A DNA stretch of 14,399 bases, from assembly GCA_031367385.1 (NCBI GenBank), contig JANLPS010000543.1:1-14399 (forward strand), given 5' to 3'. Below are positions 13,863 to 14,399 of this stretch, one piece after another. This DNA is from Archangium sp. GTDB taxonomy: Bacteria; Myxococcota; Myxococcia; Myxococcales; Myxococcaceae. The notes under the pieces are model-generated. The model was given only the letters and a program-made list of their open reading frames with translations. It had not been told where the DNA came from and made no database searches. Each line of letters begins with the position of its first letter. Within the stretch, counting starts at the first letter, position 1. The position numbers and the translations under genes were made by a program.

Positions 13863-14399
13863 ATGACCGTCACGCGCACCGAAAAGCAGACCATCGCTGG
13901 CATCTTGGCGACCTACCGAAAAGACATCGAGCAGGCCGCCGGTGACAAGGTGCTCTCGAAGGCCGAGCAGGCCACGCTCTCGCCTTTCGCCAAGAAGTAC
14001 ATCGAGCAAGCGCGCACCGCGGGCCGGTCGATGTCGGTCGCGAAGGCCACCACGGCCCTCAAGGCGCCGATCACCCGCGCGGTCGGCTCGATCTCAGGTG
14101 GAGACGGCATCGTCGACGAGTTCGAAGTGACCAAGCTGCGAGTGCCCGAGCTGCGTACCCGCGCCGCCACGCTCTTCACCGAGAGCCCCACCGGCGCCGA
14201 GGCCACGCTGACGAAGGCCCTCACCGACGTCAACATCGCGCCGATCACCGACTACGGCCGCGCGTTTGATTTTGGTAAGGCTCCGCAGGGCAGCACCGTC
14301 GAGTCGATGGTCGCCGACATCACCCAGACGCCGGCTTCAGACATGGGCCCCGTGGCTGAATGGGGCGACATCAGCAAAGGCAAAGACGCGGTCGGCGAC
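13863..14399 (+). CDS. Hypothetical protein, 3'-truncated by the window edge (not in the ORF track)
   Basis: GGAG RBS at 13853-13856, ATG at 13863, and 179 open codons with strong GC3 bias: MTVTRTEKQTIAGILATYRKDIEQAAGDKVLSKAEQATLSPFAKKYIEQ...SGGDGIVDEFEVTKLRVPELRTRAATLF...TDYGRAFDFG... Confidence 0.8.
   Translation, partial: MTVTRTEKQTIAGILATYRKDIEQAAGDKVLSKAEQATLSPFAKKYIEQARTAGRSMSVAKATTALKAPITRAVGSISGGDGIVDEFEVTKLRVPELRTRAATLFTESPTGAEATLTKALTDVNIAPITDYGRAFDFGKAPQGSTVESMVADITQTPASDMGPVAEWGDISKGKDAVGD

Noticed and set aside
1..14399. CRISPR arrays, tRNA/rRNA, IS elements, prophage or defence genes
   Set aside because: I found no regularly spaced repeats, cloverleaf-like sequence, transposase/integrase motifs or compositional island by reading. 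Intergenic gaps are all under about 160 nt.

Overview
GC-rich bacterial chromosomal window (roughly two-thirds GC by eye). The gene content is suggestive of a Myxococcota-like organism, which is inference only. From left to right it holds: the 3' part of a Mycobacterium-type (type II) menB; a small probable lipoprotein; a BlaI/MecI/CopY repressor plus an M56 (BlaR1/MecR1-type) peptidase, preceded by three TGCTA-N6-TAGCA-like boxes; a convergent DOT1-like SAM methyltransferase, divergent from a PilZ protein with an extra C-terminal domain; an orphan GAF-GAF-PAS-PAS-PAS histidine kinase; a GNAT and Zn-alcohol dehydrogenase pair on the minus strand; a stand-alone CzcA/CusA-family RND pump; and a hypothetical ORF running off the right end that is missing from the ORF track. 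I saw no RNA genes, CRISPR arrays or mobile elements. The best candidate for an undescribed system is the BlaI-M56 module. It has a non-canonical triple operator, and its sensor replaces the penicillin-binding domain with an Ala/Pro linker, a ~34-aa helical repeat solenoid and a charged coiled coil.
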